DNA of 64,000 nt from Candidatus Saccharimonadota bacterium (GCA_016191105.1 JACPPH010000008.1:136951-200950); one strand, 5' to 3'; counted from the stretch's first letter, positions 51,660 through 62,242 are shown. A program made the numbers and translations. The notes: generated by a model from the letters alone, not told the origin.

Positions 51660-53639
51660 ATGAGAAAATTTGGCCAGAGATTTACTGGCGGCTGGCTGTT
51701 GCAAGCCGCAGCTATCGGGTTGTTGATTCTTTATGGCCTAATGGCCACAGCTGTTCCACAGCCGAGCCGGGCGGCGGCCGAATTTGCAAATACGGTTGAC
51801 ATTAAGTATGAGGCTCGATCTGATGGCGTCACCCGGGTTACCGAAACTTATGCGGTTACAAATCAAACCGCCAACAAATACCTAAACAGCATTCAGCTTT
51901 CAGCTCCGACCGATCAGCTGACTAACCTAACAGTCAACTATGGCGACGGTGCTAGTATCCCTTACACTACGGCTGTGAAAGCGGCCAACAGCAAGGGCTA
52001 TAGCTATAACTACCAACAGATACTGATTAACTTTAATCGTCAAAATGCTGGCTTAGGCAATCGCTGGAGTTTTGTGGTTAGTTTTGATACTACTAAGCTG
52101 GTAGAAAGCCAAGGTAGTGCGCGCACAGTTTATATTCCCTCGGTGGCGGCCGATGCAAGCGTACAATACAAGATTAGCTTGGTTGTGCCCGACAATTTTG
52201 GGCCACTACACACCACTGGTCCGCGGCCAGTCAATGCCGGCAGTAAAGACGGTTTTACTACTTATAACTTTGATCAAACCGATATTGCCAACCAATCTCT
52301 TAGCCTGGTGTTTGGCGACTCTACAGTGTATGACATTAATTTTAACTTTCCGCTCAACAACGACTCTAATACGGCCAAAACCCTTACTGTAACCCTACCG
52401 CCTACCACTTCGGCTCAAAAAGTCTACATAAATAGGCTTGAGCCTCAACCATCGGCTACGCGTTTGGATGCTGAGGGCAACATACTAGCTGATTACATGG
52501 TGCCACCACGAACTCGCATGGTAGTGAAAACTAGTGTTGCGGTGGTGGTTAAGTACTTAGATTACAACCTGGTAGCCAGTGGCACCAAGGCCGATATTCC
52601 GGCTGAGTTGGTAGGCGCCTATACTAGCCCTCAGCCCTATTGGCAAGCCAATAATCCGGCGATTATTCAAAAAGCCAACGAGCTAACCAAGGGCAAAGAT
52701 ACGGTTGCCAAGCAGGTACAAGCTATTAATGACTATGTGGTGAGCAGGCTTAGCTACAACAGCGAAAAAATTAAATACAACATTCGCCAAGGTGCGCTCA
52801 AGGCCTTTGAAAACCCCAATAATGTTGTTTGTTTGGAGTACTCCGATCTTACTATCGCGCTCTTGCGGGCGGCCGGTATTCCGGCACGCATGCCAATTGG
52901 TTATGGCTATTCTGGTAATCTCAAGCCGTCTTCGTCGGTTAGCGATTCGCTGCACTCCTGGGTTGAAGCTTATGTACCGGGTGTAGGCTGGATGAACGTT
53001 GACCCAACCTGGGCTGAGAAGTTTCAGAACTTTGGCACCTCTGATCTTGCTCATGTAGCTTTTGCTATTTGGGGCAAAAACAATGACTCACCGACCGCGG
53101 TTATGCAAAACGGCCAGGATATTAATTACCAATACGAAGCTACAACTATTAGCTACCAACAAGCTGTGGCACAACTACCATCCACGAGTCAGATAAGTGT
53201 TAGTAAATATGCGGTTCTGCCGTTTGTGAGTCTCATAAACTATAGCTTACAGGCACCTCAGAATGCTGCCGGTGACAATTATTACCTCGAAATAACCGAA
53301 GGTAGCTACAGCCAGCGAGTTAAGCTTGGTTCGCTGGCGCCGGCTCAAAAAATTAGCTCCGTGGCCTGGGGGCTAAGCATTGGCTTTCTTAATCCTTCGA
53401 CCGTTAAGGTTTTACAGACAGGTAATAATTCGCTGATGCTAGCCACTACCCAGGTCTCGAGTCAATGGTGGCCGTTGGTGGTGTTCTGTCTAATTCTGGC
53501 TGGCATTGTTATCTATTTGTTGGTAAAATCCAGACACACTAAGCGAAAATTAGCCCAAGCTAAGCAGACCCAAGCTCAGGCGGTTAATCGCTTGCACGAG
53601 ATCAAAAACAAGCCAAAGACACCGGAATCAAAATCATGA
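51660..53639 (+). CDS. transglutaminase-like domain surface protein (signal peptide, C-terminal TM anchor)
   Basis: Cys-His-Asp core: VCLEYSDLTIALLRAAGIPARMP...HSWVEAYVPGVGWMNVDPT. Confidence 0.7.
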   Translation: MRKFGQRFTGGWLLQAAAIGLLILYGLMATAVPQPSRAAAEFANTVDIKYEARSDGVTRVTETYAVTNQTANKYLNSIQLSAPTDQLTNLTVNYGDGASIPYTTAVKAANSKGYSYNYQQILINFNRQNAGLGNRWSFVVSFDTTKLVESQGSARTVYIPSVAADASVQYKISLVVPDNFGPLHTTGPRPVNAGSKDGFTTYNFDQTDIANQSLSLVFGDSTVYDINFNFPLNNDSNTAKTLTVTLPPTTSAQKVYINRLEPQPSATRLDAEGNILADYMVPPRTRMVVKTSVAVVVKYLDYNLVASGTKADIPAELVGAYTSPQPYWQANNPAIIQKANELTKGKDTVAKQVQAINDYVVSRLSYNSEKIKYNIRQGALKAFENPNNVVCLEYSDLTIALLRAAGIPARMPIGYGYSGNLKPSSSVSDSLHSWVEAYVPGVGWMNVDPTWAEKFQNFGTSDLAHVAFAIWGKNNDSPTAVMQNGQDINYQYEATTISYQQAVAQLPSTSQISVSKYAVLPFVSLINYSLQAPQNAAGDNYYLEITEGSYSQRVKLGSLAPAQKISSVAWGLSIGFLNPSTVKVLQTGNNSLMLATTQVSSQWWPLVVFCLILAGIVIYLLVKSRHTKRKLAQAKQTQAQAVNRLHEIKNKPKTPESKS

Positions 53640-55066
53640 CCAAGCCAAAATTCTATGTAACCACTCCCATTTACTACATCAACGATGTTCCACATGTTGG
53701 CCACGCCTACTCGACCATTGCAGCCGATGTGTTGGCTCGCTATTGGCGCGGTAAGCTTGGTGATAGCAATGTATTTTTACTAACTGGCACCGATGAGAAT
53801 TCTAAAAAAACCATCGAGGCCGCTAAAGCAGTCGGCCAGGAAATTCAAGAGTATACAGATCAGACTGCCAAAAAATGGGAGGCTATCTGGAAACAGCTAG
53901 GCATAACCAATAATGGCTTTATTCGCACTACCGAACCAGCCCATGTTAAAGCGGTACAAGATGTAATTTTGAAAATCCACGAAGCAGGCGACATTGAGAA
54001 AGGCGTTTACGAAGGACCATATTGCTTTAAGTGCGAGGCATTCTATCGCGAAGACGAGCTGATCGACGGTTGCTGCCCAATACACAAAACCGAAGTTGAA
54101 CATCTTAAAGAGGAAAATTATTTCTTTAAACTCAGTAAATATCAAGACCAACTCAAGCAGTATATAACCGATAATCCACACTTTGTAGAGCCCGAGAGTC
54201 GGCGCAACGAAGTATCGGCCTTTATTGATCGCGGTTTAGAAGATGTTAGCATCTCGCGAGCCAGCCAAAAGTGGGGTATAAAACTGCCTTTCGACGAAAG
54301 CCAGATAATATACGTATGGTTCGATGCACTTATTAACTACCTAACTGGTGTCGGCTACCCAGATGACAAGTACAAGGAATTCTGGCCGGCCAATGTTCAC
54401 ATTGTTGGCAAAGATATTATTAAGTTTCACTGCATTATCTGGCCAGCAATGCTCATGAGTGCCGGCTTAGAGCTTCCGCAAAAAGTCTTTGCCCACGGCT
54501 TTTTTACCATCGATGGCGAAAAGATTAGTAAGAGTCTGGGCAATGCAATCGATCCTGTTGAACTAGCCAACAAATATGGCAACGATGCTCTACGCTACTT
54601 TTTATTGCGCGAGATCCCTTTTGGGGCTGACGGTGATTTCAGTCGGGAACGGTTCAAGATTGTCTATGAGACTGAGCTTGGCAATAAGCTGGGCAACTTA
54701 GTAACTCGAACAGCCGCAATGCTCAACAAATATTGCGATGGGTCATTTGAAAAAATTAACCCAGCTAAGCCTCTAGCGCTCGAAGATGATATTGAAAAAC
54801 TCAAATTTGAACAGTATTTGCAAAAAATATTTGTTCGAATTGAGGAACTTAATACTTCTATCGAGGAAAACAAACCGTGGGAACTAGTAAAAACCGAACC
54901 CGGTAAAGTTAAAGATGTATTGAGTGGGATTGTTTCTGAACTGGTTGAGTTGAGTAAATGGCTAGAGCCGGTTATTCCAGAAGCCACCGCTAAGATTCAG
55001 AAGACTTTCATGGGCGGTAAAGTTGACAGCTCAGTAGGCATTTTGTTTCCTCGGGTTGAAGAATGA
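53636..55066 (+). CDS. metG: methionyl-tRNA synthetase (short form, no C-terminal tRNA-binding domain)
   Basis: HVGH (PHVGHAYS), Zn knuckle CFKCEAF...CCPIH, KISKSLGN (KMSKS); 476 aa. Confidence 0.9.
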   Translation: MTKPKFYVTTPIYYINDVPHVGHAYSTIAADVLARYWRGKLGDSNVFLLTGTDENSKKTIEAAKAVGQEIQEYTDQTAKKWEAIWKQLGITNNGFIRTTEPAHVKAVQDVILKIHEAGDIEKGVYEGPYCFKCEAFYREDELIDGCCPIHKTEVEHLKEENYFFKLSKYQDQLKQYITDNPHFVEPESRRNEVSAFIDRGLEDVSISRASQKWGIKLPFDESQIIYVWFDALINYLTGVGYPDDKYKEFWPANVHIVGKDIIKFHCIIWPAMLMSAGLELPQKVFAHGFFTIDGEKISKSLGNAIDPVELANKYGNDALRYFLLREIPFGADGDFSRERFKIVYETELGNKLGNLVTRTAAMLNKYCDGSFEKINPAKPLALEDDIEKLKFEQYLQKIFVRIEELNTSIEENKPWELVKTEPGKVKDVLSGIVSELVELSKWLEPVIPEATAKIQKTFMGGKVDSSVGILFPRVEE

Positions 55067-55863
55067 GCTTAGTCGATACCCACGCTCACATTCATTTCGA
55101 TGAATTTAGCCACGATCTAGGCGAAGTCTTTGGTAATTGTCGTAAAGCCAAAGTCAACCAGATAATCTGTGTAGGGGTGAACGACGTTGACTCGCAAAAA
55201 GCCCTGGACTTCGTGAGTAACGCAGAGGTTAAAAGGCAGGCTGCCAGCATTGGCTTGTATGCCACGGCCGGGCTTCATCCGCACGAAGCTAGCAGGGGAG
55301 AAGATGCGCTGCTTACTATTAAGGAACTCATCCAAGCCGAAGATAACCAAGGCAAAATTGTGGCTGTTGGTGAATGTGGCCTCGATTACTATCGAAATTT
55401 GTCTGGCCAGGCTGAGCAGCAGAGAGCTTTAGAATTTCAGCTTGAACTGGCGGCACAAGAGGGGCTACCGGTGGTTTTTCATATACGAGACGGGTGGGAA
55501 GATTTTTGGACAATCTTAAAAAATTACCCCAAAATCCAGGGCGTAATTCATAGTTTTACGGGCGGTCCAAAAGAGGTCGAAAAAGGGCTTGAAGCTGGTT
55601 TATATTTTGGGCTCAACGGCATCATGACCTTTACCAGAGATGCCAACCAGCTTAAGGCGGCTGAATTGATTCCAGATGATAAAATTCTACTTGAGACCGA
55701 TTGCCCATATCTGGCTCCCGTGCCATATCGTGGCAAGCGCAACGAACCTGCTTATGTTTTGGAAACTACTAAGTTCCTGGCCGACTTGCGTGGCCAAGAA
55801 GTCGAGGAACTAGCCAGCATCTCCACGAGCAATGTCGATAAACTTTTTAATCTAGCAAAATAA
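55063..55863 (+). CDS. tatD: TatD family deoxyribonuclease
   Basis: LVDTHAHIHFDEF, GECGLD, and HSF motifs. Confidence 0.85.
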   Translation: MSLVDTHAHIHFDEFSHDLGEVFGNCRKAKVNQIICVGVNDVDSQKALDFVSNAEVKRQAASIGLYATAGLHPHEASRGEDALLTIKELIQAEDNQGKIVAVGECGLDYYRNLSGQAEQQRALEFQLELAAQEGLPVVFHIRDGWEDFWTILKNYPKIQGVIHSFTGGPKEVEKGLEAGLYFGLNGIMTFTRDANQLKAAELIPDDKILLETDCPYLAPVPYRGKRNEPAYVLETTKFLADLRGQEVEELASISTSNVDKLFNLAK

Positions 55864-55884
55864 GCGCTTTTCTGGTATAGTAAT

Positions 55885-57033
55885 ATGCCTATGAAGCGTG
55901 TTTATTTAGATTACGCTGCCGCCACACCACTAGATAATGAGGTCGGAAAAGTTATGGTTAAAACCGCCAGAAGCTTTGCCAATCCTTCGGCTAGCTACTC
56001 GAGTGCGCGTACAGCCAAAGAGATTCTACGCTTAGCTCGAAAGTCTGTTGCCATGTTTTTGGGTGCCAACTCGACTGAGATTATATTTATCAGCGGTGCT
56101 ACTGAAGCCAACAACCTGGCTATCTTAGGTTATGCCCGTGCCCACAAAGCTCCAAAAGCACGTATAATTAGTATCGCTACCGAGCACGCTTCGGTTTATG
56201 AACCTCTCTTACAGCTTGAGCGCGAAGGCTTTGAGGTCGTATGGTGCCCAGTCGACGAATCTGGGCAGGTTAAGCAAGCTGAACTCAAAAAGCTTATAAA
56301 CAGCAAAACAATTTTAATCACAATTTCAGCAGTAAACAGCGAATTCGGTACGGTCCAGCCAATTGCGGAGATCTGCCGGCTAGCCAAACAGGCCAATAAG
56401 AACGTTGTTATTCACACCGATGCCTCGGCTGCTACCAACTTAAATTTACAGGTTAATAGGCTGGGAGTGGACTTGCTAACCCTGAGCGGCGCCAAGGTCT
56501 ATGGCCCTAAAAGTGCCGGTGTATTGTATGTACGCCGTGGTACCAAACTCGAACCCACCGCTTTCGGCGGCGCTCAGCAACGGGGATTACGGCCGGGTAG
56601 CGAGGACGTGGTTGCTGCTGCAGGCATGGCCAAGGCCTTGGAGCTTGCAAGCCAACATCGTAAAGTCGACAATCTAAAATTTCAAGCACTCTATCTTAAG
56701 CTAATCAGTTTTGTGCAAAAAAATTATCCAAAGGCTATAATTAACGGCCACAAAAAGTCTAGGGTGTTTTGGTGTGTGAGCATTTGTTTTGCCGGCATCA
56801 ACGGCGAAGATTTGGTGGCAAGTCTGGATGCTGCAGGGCTTGAAGTGGCCACTGGTGCGGCCTGCGAGGCTAGCAACGACCGGCCCAGCCGCGCACTAAT
56901 GACACTTGGCCTAAATAGCGGGCAAGCTCAAGGGTCACTCAGAGTTAGTTTTGGCCGTAGTACTAGTGGCGATGATGTCGATCGATTTCTGGCAGCTTTG
57001 TCGAATTGTTTAAAGCAATTTGGGTATAATTAA
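55885..57033 (+). CDS. cysteine desulfurase / class V aminotransferase (IscS/NifS-like)
   Basis: YLDYAATTP, and PLP-Lys region SGAKVYGPKSAGVLY. C-terminal Cys ...GAACEAS. Confidence 0.75.
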   Translation: MPMKRVYLDYAAATPLDNEVGKVMVKTARSFANPSASYSSARTAKEILRLARKSVAMFLGANSTEIIFISGATEANNLAILGYARAHKAPKARIISIATEHASVYEPLLQLEREGFEVVWCPVDESGQVKQAELKKLINSKTILITISAVNSEFGTVQPIAEICRLAKQANKNVVIHTDASAATNLNLQVNRLGVDLLTLSGAKVYGPKSAGVLYVRRGTKLEPTAFGGAQQRGLRPGSEDVVAAAGMAKALELASQHRKVDNLKFQALYLKLISFVQKNYPKAIINGHKKSRVFWCVSICFAGINGEDLVASLDAAGLEVATGAACEASNDRPSRALMTLGLNSGQAQGSLRVSFGRSTSGDDVDRFLAALSNCLKQFGYN

Positions 57034-57628
57034 GGCAATGAAGAAGCGTACAGTTGCAGCAATTATCTTGGCTGGTCTTATTGGCGGCTTGGTCTTGTTG
57101 ATTTTCTTTGGCCTAGGCTTTTTTTTGAGCCCTCAAGATAACTTGCAAAAGGCCGATGCTATTGTGGTGATCTCGGGCGGCCGCACAACAGCTAGAGCCC
57201 AGAAGGGCATCCAACTATTTAAAGATGGCTACGGCAAAAAGCTAATTCTTTCTGGTGCTGCTCTCGACGATGGCCCCAGCAACGCCCTGGCTATGCGCGA
57301 TCAGGCTTTGAGTGCTGGCATAGCCGACCAAGACATATTGATAGATGAAGCTGCTCAAGACACCTATCAAAACGCAATCGATAGCAAACATATCTTAGAC
57401 CAACTCGATGCCCGCAGTTTAATATTGGTAACCAGCCCCTACCATCAACGCCGGGCCGATATGACATTTAGGGCAGTGCTTGGGCCAGCCTACAAGGTAA
57501 TTGGGGTTTCTGCCTTCGACGATCGCTGGAGCAAGGCGGCTTGGTGGAAGTCGGGCTTTGCTTTTGATATTTCTTTGAGTGAGTTACAAAAGCTAGTGTT
57601 TATTTACCTAACCGGCAGTTACCAATGA
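57020..57628 (+). CDS. YdcF/ElyC-like DUF218 family protein
   Basis: ADAIVVISGG...GKKLILSGAA...DTYQNA...SPYHQRRA pattern of the DUF218 fold with N-terminal TM. Confidence 0.65.
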   Translation: MGIIKAMKKRTVAAIILAGLIGGLVLLIFFGLGFFLSPQDNLQKADAIVVISGGRTTARAQKGIQLFKDGYGKKLILSGAALDDGPSNALAMRDQALSAGIADQDILIDEAAQDTYQNAIDSKHILDQLDARSLILVTSPYHQRRADMTFRAVLGPAYKVIGVSAFDDRWSKAAWWKSGFAFDISLSELQKLVFIYLTGSYQ

Positions 57629-57647
57629 TACCTGGCGTCCTCCAACA

Positions 57648-58078
57648 TTCGAAAATACATCTAGCTACTTTCTCCGGCATTAAAGCAAACAGGAAGCTAA
57701 GTAAGCTTAAGTGCTCCAAATTTGAGGACTGTTTGAATCCCGGTCTTGACCGAGATGAGTTGCGCAGAACTGGAAGCGAAAGCTCATTAGTGCTCATGTT
57801 TTGTGTCCATGTCGGCAGTTTTATCCAACTTTTACTGCCAAAAGTTGGCCAAGCCATGGAATGGCAAGATTCAGCTTTTGGCCGAATGGCCAACCTTCTT
57901 TTGAAAAGACTAAAAGAAGGCAAAAGTCTTTGGCCTGTGCTGCGATTCAAGCAGCGCGCAACAAGCAAAATACTTTCTGTTTCTGCGCGGTCTGGTAAAA
58001 ACCAGATTCTCAAAAAAAGAGTGCATTTTGCTATTGCACTTGCTGATCTTGCAACGGCCGGGGAAACGATACGTGTCT
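57648..58078 (-). repeat. copy 2 (inverted orientation) of the 3-copy ~400-nt structured repeat element
   Basis: Reverse complement aligns along about 400 nt with 61662-62060, including gatcagcaagtgca, gctgcttgaatcgcagca, ggccattcggcc, ggcatggacacaaaacatg, cgcttccagttctgcg, cagtcctc...ggagcac, and gcttcctgtttgctttaatgccggag. Confidence 0.7.
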
Positions 58079-59170
58079 AGGGTCTTTGTTGGGCTTTCGG
58101 GCGGAGTCGACAGCTCGGTGGCTGCGGCCTTACTTAAAGACCAGGGCCACGAAGTTATAGGTGTGTACATGAAAAACTGGAGTCACGATGTGGCCGGCCA
58201 TCACTGCCCGTGGCGCGAGGATCTGGCTAGTGCTCGCTCGGTGGCCGCGCACCTCCAGATCCCCCTGAAAGTCTATGACTTTGAAAGAGAGTATTTCGAT
58301 ACTGTCGCTAAATATATGATCGATACCTACAAAGCTGGTCTAACCCCCAATCCCGATATTATGTGCAATTCTGAGATTAAATTTAAGCTGTTTTTAAGTA
58401 AGTGTCGGGCTGATGGCGCCGAAATGATCGCTACTGGCCATTATGCCAAGATCATCGACGGCCAACTTTGTAAGGCCAAGGACGCCAGTAAGGACCAAAC
58501 TTATTTTTTGTATCGCATGCCAGGGAGCGCGGCTAAGAAAACAATTTTCCCGCTTGGTGAGCTTGCCAAAACTCAAGTTCGTATATTGGCTCGTAAGTAC
58601 AAATTACCTACAGCCAACCGAGCCGATAGTCAGGGGTTGTGTTTTGTAGGGCCGGTGCCCATGCGCGATTTTTTGGCTGAGTTTGTAAGGCCTAAACCAG
58701 GTGATATCGTGAGCGAGAGAGGCAACAAAATAGGCCAACATCAGGGTGCGTTTTATTACACCATTGGTCAGCGTCATGGCCTTGGAGTTGGCGGCGGCCA
58801 ACCCTACTTTGTATACAAAGTTGATACAAAAGCCAACGTAGTGCACGTAACAACAGATGAGGACTCAACCCTTCTCAAGAGAAATAATTTTAAGATAAAT
58901 GACTGCGTTTGGTGGCAAGAGCCAGAAACCGGCAAAGAATATACAGTTAAGGTTCGATATCGTGTCAAGGCAATTGCTTGCACTATTACCCCGCGTTTTC
59001 CTGTCACTTCGACCGGGGTGGAAAAGTCTAGCCAGATCTCTCGACAAGCTCGAGACGACACCTGGACGGTCAAACTCACAAAACCAGAACGGGCAATAGC
59101 TCCTGGCCAATCGGCTGTTTTGTACGATGGCAACAAGGTGGCGGGTGGCGGCATTATCGAACCCTTCTAA
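58028..59170 (+). CDS. mnmA: tRNA 2-thiouridine(34) synthase MnmA
   Basis: PP-loop VFVGLSGGVDSSVAAALL and catalytic Cys motifs. True start may be the GTG at 58073 (VSRVFVG), since 58028-58078 overlaps the repeat element. Confidence 0.85.
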   Translation: MLLHLLILQRPGKRYVSRVFVGLSGGVDSSVAAALLKDQGHEVIGVYMKNWSHDVAGHHCPWREDLASARSVAAHLQIPLKVYDFEREYFDTVAKYMIDTYKAGLTPNPDIMCNSEIKFKLFLSKCRADGAEMIATGHYAKIIDGQLCKAKDASKDQTYFLYRMPGSAAKKTIFPLGELAKTQVRILARKYKLPTANRADSQGLCFVGPVPMRDFLAEFVRPKPGDIVSERGNKIGQHQGAFYYTIGQRHGLGVGGGQPYFVYKVDTKANVVHVTTDEDSTLLKRNNFKINDCVWWQEPETGKEYTVKVRYRVKAIACTITPRFPVTSTGVEKSSQISRQARDDTWTVKLTKPERAIAPGQSAVLYDGNKVAGGGIIEPF

Positions 59171-59247
59171 AATGCTTATGCTATAATAAGTTCAAAATAA
59201 CAAGGGCTCATTATGGATCAACAAAACCAATCGGTACCTGCTTTCGA

Positions 59248-59805
59248 ATGGCAGTGAAAAACCGCAAGGATAGATCGTTAACTCCAAAGCCGGCCCAGCG
59301 CAATGGTTGGAGGGTAGCTACCTGGGTTCTGGCGGCTGCGGCTCTTGTTTTACTATTCGTAGTTTTTGTGCAGCAAGGTCAAATAAATAATCTCAAGGCT
59401 GACAATCAAAAATTGGCCAATGGGTTTAAAAGTGGTGCCGGTTCTTACTTAAACATTCCCGAAAAAGGCATAAAACTACAACTCTCACCAACCATTAGAG
59501 ACGCCTACTATTTTATCGATTCGTCGGGCAATGTGAGTTTTTCGACTCGCACCCTCAATGCAATAAAGATTCCACAGTGCAAGGCCCAGGCAGTGGTCGA
59601 AGGTAGCTCCAATAAATTATCGGGCGCAGCTCTGTTGGGCACCGCGCAACAAGGCTTTAAGGGAGCCCAAAAGGTCGGCGCCGTGTATTACAGCATTCAG
59701 CCCAATGCTGACTGTAAGAGTGACGATCCAAACGTTCAGACGGTGATAAAATCTATTCAAGACGCCTTATTTTATGCGGGCGGCACCATCGCCCCTAGTA
59801 ACTAG
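59248..59805 (+). CDS. hypothetical membrane-anchored protein
   Basis: N-terminal TM helix; 185 aa. Confidence 0.4.
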   Translation: MAVKNRKDRSLTPKPAQRNGWRVATWVLAAAALVLLFVVFVQQGQINNLKADNQKLANGFKSGAGSYLNIPEKGIKLQLSPTIRDAYYFIDSSGNVSFSTRTLNAIKIPQCKAQAVVEGSSNKLSGAALLGTAQQGFKGAQKVGAVYYSIQPNADCKSDDPNVQTVIKSIQDALFYAGGTIAPSN

Positions 59806-59838
59806 CCCCAAACCTGAAAAAGTAGTATAATCAAGCTC

Positions 59839-61656
59839 ATGAAAACCGCAGAAATACGGCAGAAATTCTTAGATTTCTTTAAATCTAAAGACCACGCCAT
59901 TATCCCCAGTGCACCGGTGGTGCCCGAGCACGATCCAACGGTGCTGTTTACAACTGCCGGCATGCACCCTTTGGTGCCCTATCTGTTGGGTCAACCACAC
60001 CCGCAAGGCAAGCGCCTGGCTGACAGTCAAAAGGTGGTTCGAACCACCGATATCGATGAAGTTGGTGATTACTCTCACCTAACTTTTTTCGAGATGCTTG
60101 GCAACTGGAGCTTGGGCGACTACTTTAAACAAGACTCAATTACCTGGAGCTGGGAATTTTTGACCGACAAAAAGTGGATGGGTATAGATCCACACAAACT
60201 ATACATAACTGTCTACGAGGGTGATGGTGAGGTGCCGAAAGATGATGAGTCTATCAAGATCTGGCAAGAGCTGTACAAAAAGGTTGGCATCGAAGCCAAA
60301 GAAGGTGAGCGAATCCTTGCTCTGGGACACGACGATAACTGGTGGGGCGGGGTAGAAACAGGCGCAGCCGGCCCAGATACCGAGATCTTCTATTATCTAG
60401 GCAGCGATAAAAATCCCAAGTTCGATACCGAAAGCACCGATTTTGTGGAGATTTGGAATAACGTGTTTATGACTTACCGTGCCAATAAGGATGGTAGCTA
60501 CACTGAATTACCAAACAAAAATGTGGATACCGGCATGGGCTTGGAACGCATGGCTGTAGCCATGCAGGGCGTAGATAATGTTTACGAAACCGACTCTGTG
60601 CACGAAATCCTGGAGACAGTCGAGGCTTATGCTCGCAACGTGCACAAAACCGTTTTTGAGGAAACCTCACCTGAATCATCGCTGCGCGCAGCTCGAATTA
60701 TCACCGATCATAGCCGCACAGTTACTTTTATGTCGGCCGATGGTGTAAGCCCTGGTAACAAAGACCAAGGCTATGTAATGCGCCGGCTGGCTCGCCGCGC
60801 AATTCGCGAAGGCCTGGTATTGGGAATTCAAAGCGACTTATTTAAAAACATAGTGCCAAAAGTGATTGAGATTTATGGCGATGCTTACCCGGAGCTTAAC
60901 GACCGGGAGGCAGAAATTATGAGCACTCTCGAACGCGAAGAAAAAGTATTTCGCTCAACACTAGCTCGTGGCCTTAAAGAGTTTGAGCGCCTATTACGCG
61001 ACAAAAAAGACCTGAATGGCGCAACTGCCTTCACCCTTTACGACACCTATGGATTTCCAAAAGAGCTTAGCCTAGAAGAGGCTAAACGAGTTGGCTTGCC
61101 AGTAGCTCAAGATTTTGAAAACCAATTCGAGATCGAGATGGAAAAGCAACGCGAACGTAGTCGAACCGCCACAGCTGGGCAATTCAAGGGCGGCTTGGCC
61201 GATGATAGTGAGGTTGCCACCAAGTACCACACTGCTACACACCTTATGTACCGCGCTCTGCGTAATGTGCTGGGTGATCATGTGGTGCAACGCGGATCCA
61301 ATATTACGGCTGAGCGTATGCGCTTCGATTTTTCGCATCACGAAAAAATGACTCCAGAGCAGATCAAAGAGGTGGAAGACATGGTGAACGATGTGATCCA
61401 CAAAGACATGCCCATGAGTTTTGAGGAAATGCCGAAAGATACAGCTTTCGAGAAAGGTGCTTTGGGTGCCTTTGGCGAGAAGTACCCCGATGTGGTGAAA
61501 GTTTATACCGTGGGTGATCCAGAGGGGGATTGGTATTCCAAAGAAATTTGTGGTGGCCCGCACGTTAAACACACCGGCGAAATAGGTAAATTTAAGATAA
61601 CCAAAGAAGAGTCGTCGTCAGCGGGCGTGCGCCGCATTAAAGCCGTTATCGAATAG
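59839..61656 (+). CDS. alaS: alanyl-tRNA synthetase (short form: catalytic + tRNA-recognition + editing domains, no C-Ala domain)
   Basis: FLDFFKSKDHAIIPSAPVVP, TTAGMHP (class II motifs), and editing-site HxxxH...CGGxH (HTATHLMYRAL...CGGPHV). Confidence 0.85.
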   Translation: MKTAEIRQKFLDFFKSKDHAIIPSAPVVPEHDPTVLFTTAGMHPLVPYLLGQPHPQGKRLADSQKVVRTTDIDEVGDYSHLTFFEMLGNWSLGDYFKQDSITWSWEFLTDKKWMGIDPHKLYITVYEGDGEVPKDDESIKIWQELYKKVGIEAKEGERILALGHDDNWWGGVETGAAGPDTEIFYYLGSDKNPKFDTESTDFVEIWNNVFMTYRANKDGSYTELPNKNVDTGMGLERMAVAMQGVDNVYETDSVHEILETVEAYARNVHKTVFEETSPESSLRAARIITDHSRTVTFMSADGVSPGNKDQGYVMRRLARRAIREGLVLGIQSDLFKNIVPKVIEIYGDAYPELNDREAEIMSTLEREEKVFRSTLARGLKEFERLLRDKKDLNGATAFTLYDTYGFPKELSLEEAKRVGLPVAQDFENQFEIEMEKQRERSRTATAGQFKGGLADDSEVATKYHTATHLMYRALRNVLGDHVVQRGSNITAERMRFDFSHHEKMTPEQIKEVEDMVNDVIHKDMPMSFEEMPKDTAFEKGALGAFGEKYPDVVKVYTVGDPEGDWYSKEICGGPHVKHTGEIGKFKITKEESSSAGVRRIKAVIE

Positions 61657-61661
61657 TTCCT

Positions 61662-62060
61662 TCCGGCCGTTGCTGTGATCAGCAAGTGCAGTGGCAAAAT
61701 GCGTTCTTGTTGCGAGAATCTTGTCACTACAAGACCGCACAGCAACAGGAAAGTATTTTTGCTATTGCACGCTGCTTGAATCGCAGCATAGGCCAAAACA
61801 CTTTTGCCCTCTTTTGGTGTCTCAAAAGAACGGTCGGCCATTCGGCCGAAAGCTGAATCTTGTACTGTGCATACGGCACTTCTTTGTAGCCAAAGAAGCA
61901 AAGCTTCTGGCATGGACGCAAACAAGGAGCGCCATCTACTCTCCGCTTCCAGTTCTGCGGAACTCGTCCCGACGGTACTGTCGGGACTCAAACAGTCCTC
62001 GAACGTGGAGCACACCAAGCTCTTTGGCTTCCTGTTTGCTTTAATGCCAGAGAAAGCTAT
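61662..62060 (+). repeat. copy 3 of the 3-copy ~400-nt structured repeat element
   Basis: See copies at 4990-5275 and 57648-58078. Begins 6 nt after the alaS stop. Confidence 0.7.
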
Positions 62061-62242
62061 TTTTGCGATTTTTTGCTAGCGTAAGCCATGTAGATAGCCA
62101 TAGCCAAAAAACCTGCACCCATGCCGGCTAGGGTACCAATAGCCACGCTGTTCCAATAAGAGCCGGCTGCTATGCCGACAAACATAAAGCCAACAAACAG
62201 TAACCCGCCCGAGCCGTTGCTGTCTTTTTTGTTACTCGCCAT
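62057..62242 (-). CDS. small two-TM membrane protein
   Basis: RBS AGGAG 8 nt upstream of the ATG at 62242; 61 aa, hydrophobic. Confidence 0.45.
   Translation of the reverse strand: MASNKKDSNGSGGLLFVGFMFVGIAAGSYWNSVAIGTLAGMGAGFLAMAIYMAYASKKSQK

Noticed and set aside
57600-58080. ORFs 57600-58013 (-) and 57625-58080 (+) inside repeat copy 2, and 61503-62018 (-) / 61691-62044 (+) / 61804-62079 (+) inside copy 3
   Set aside because: They lie in the repeated element. Reading frames are not conserved between copies (indels between copies), there are no RBSs, and both strands have overlapping ORFs.
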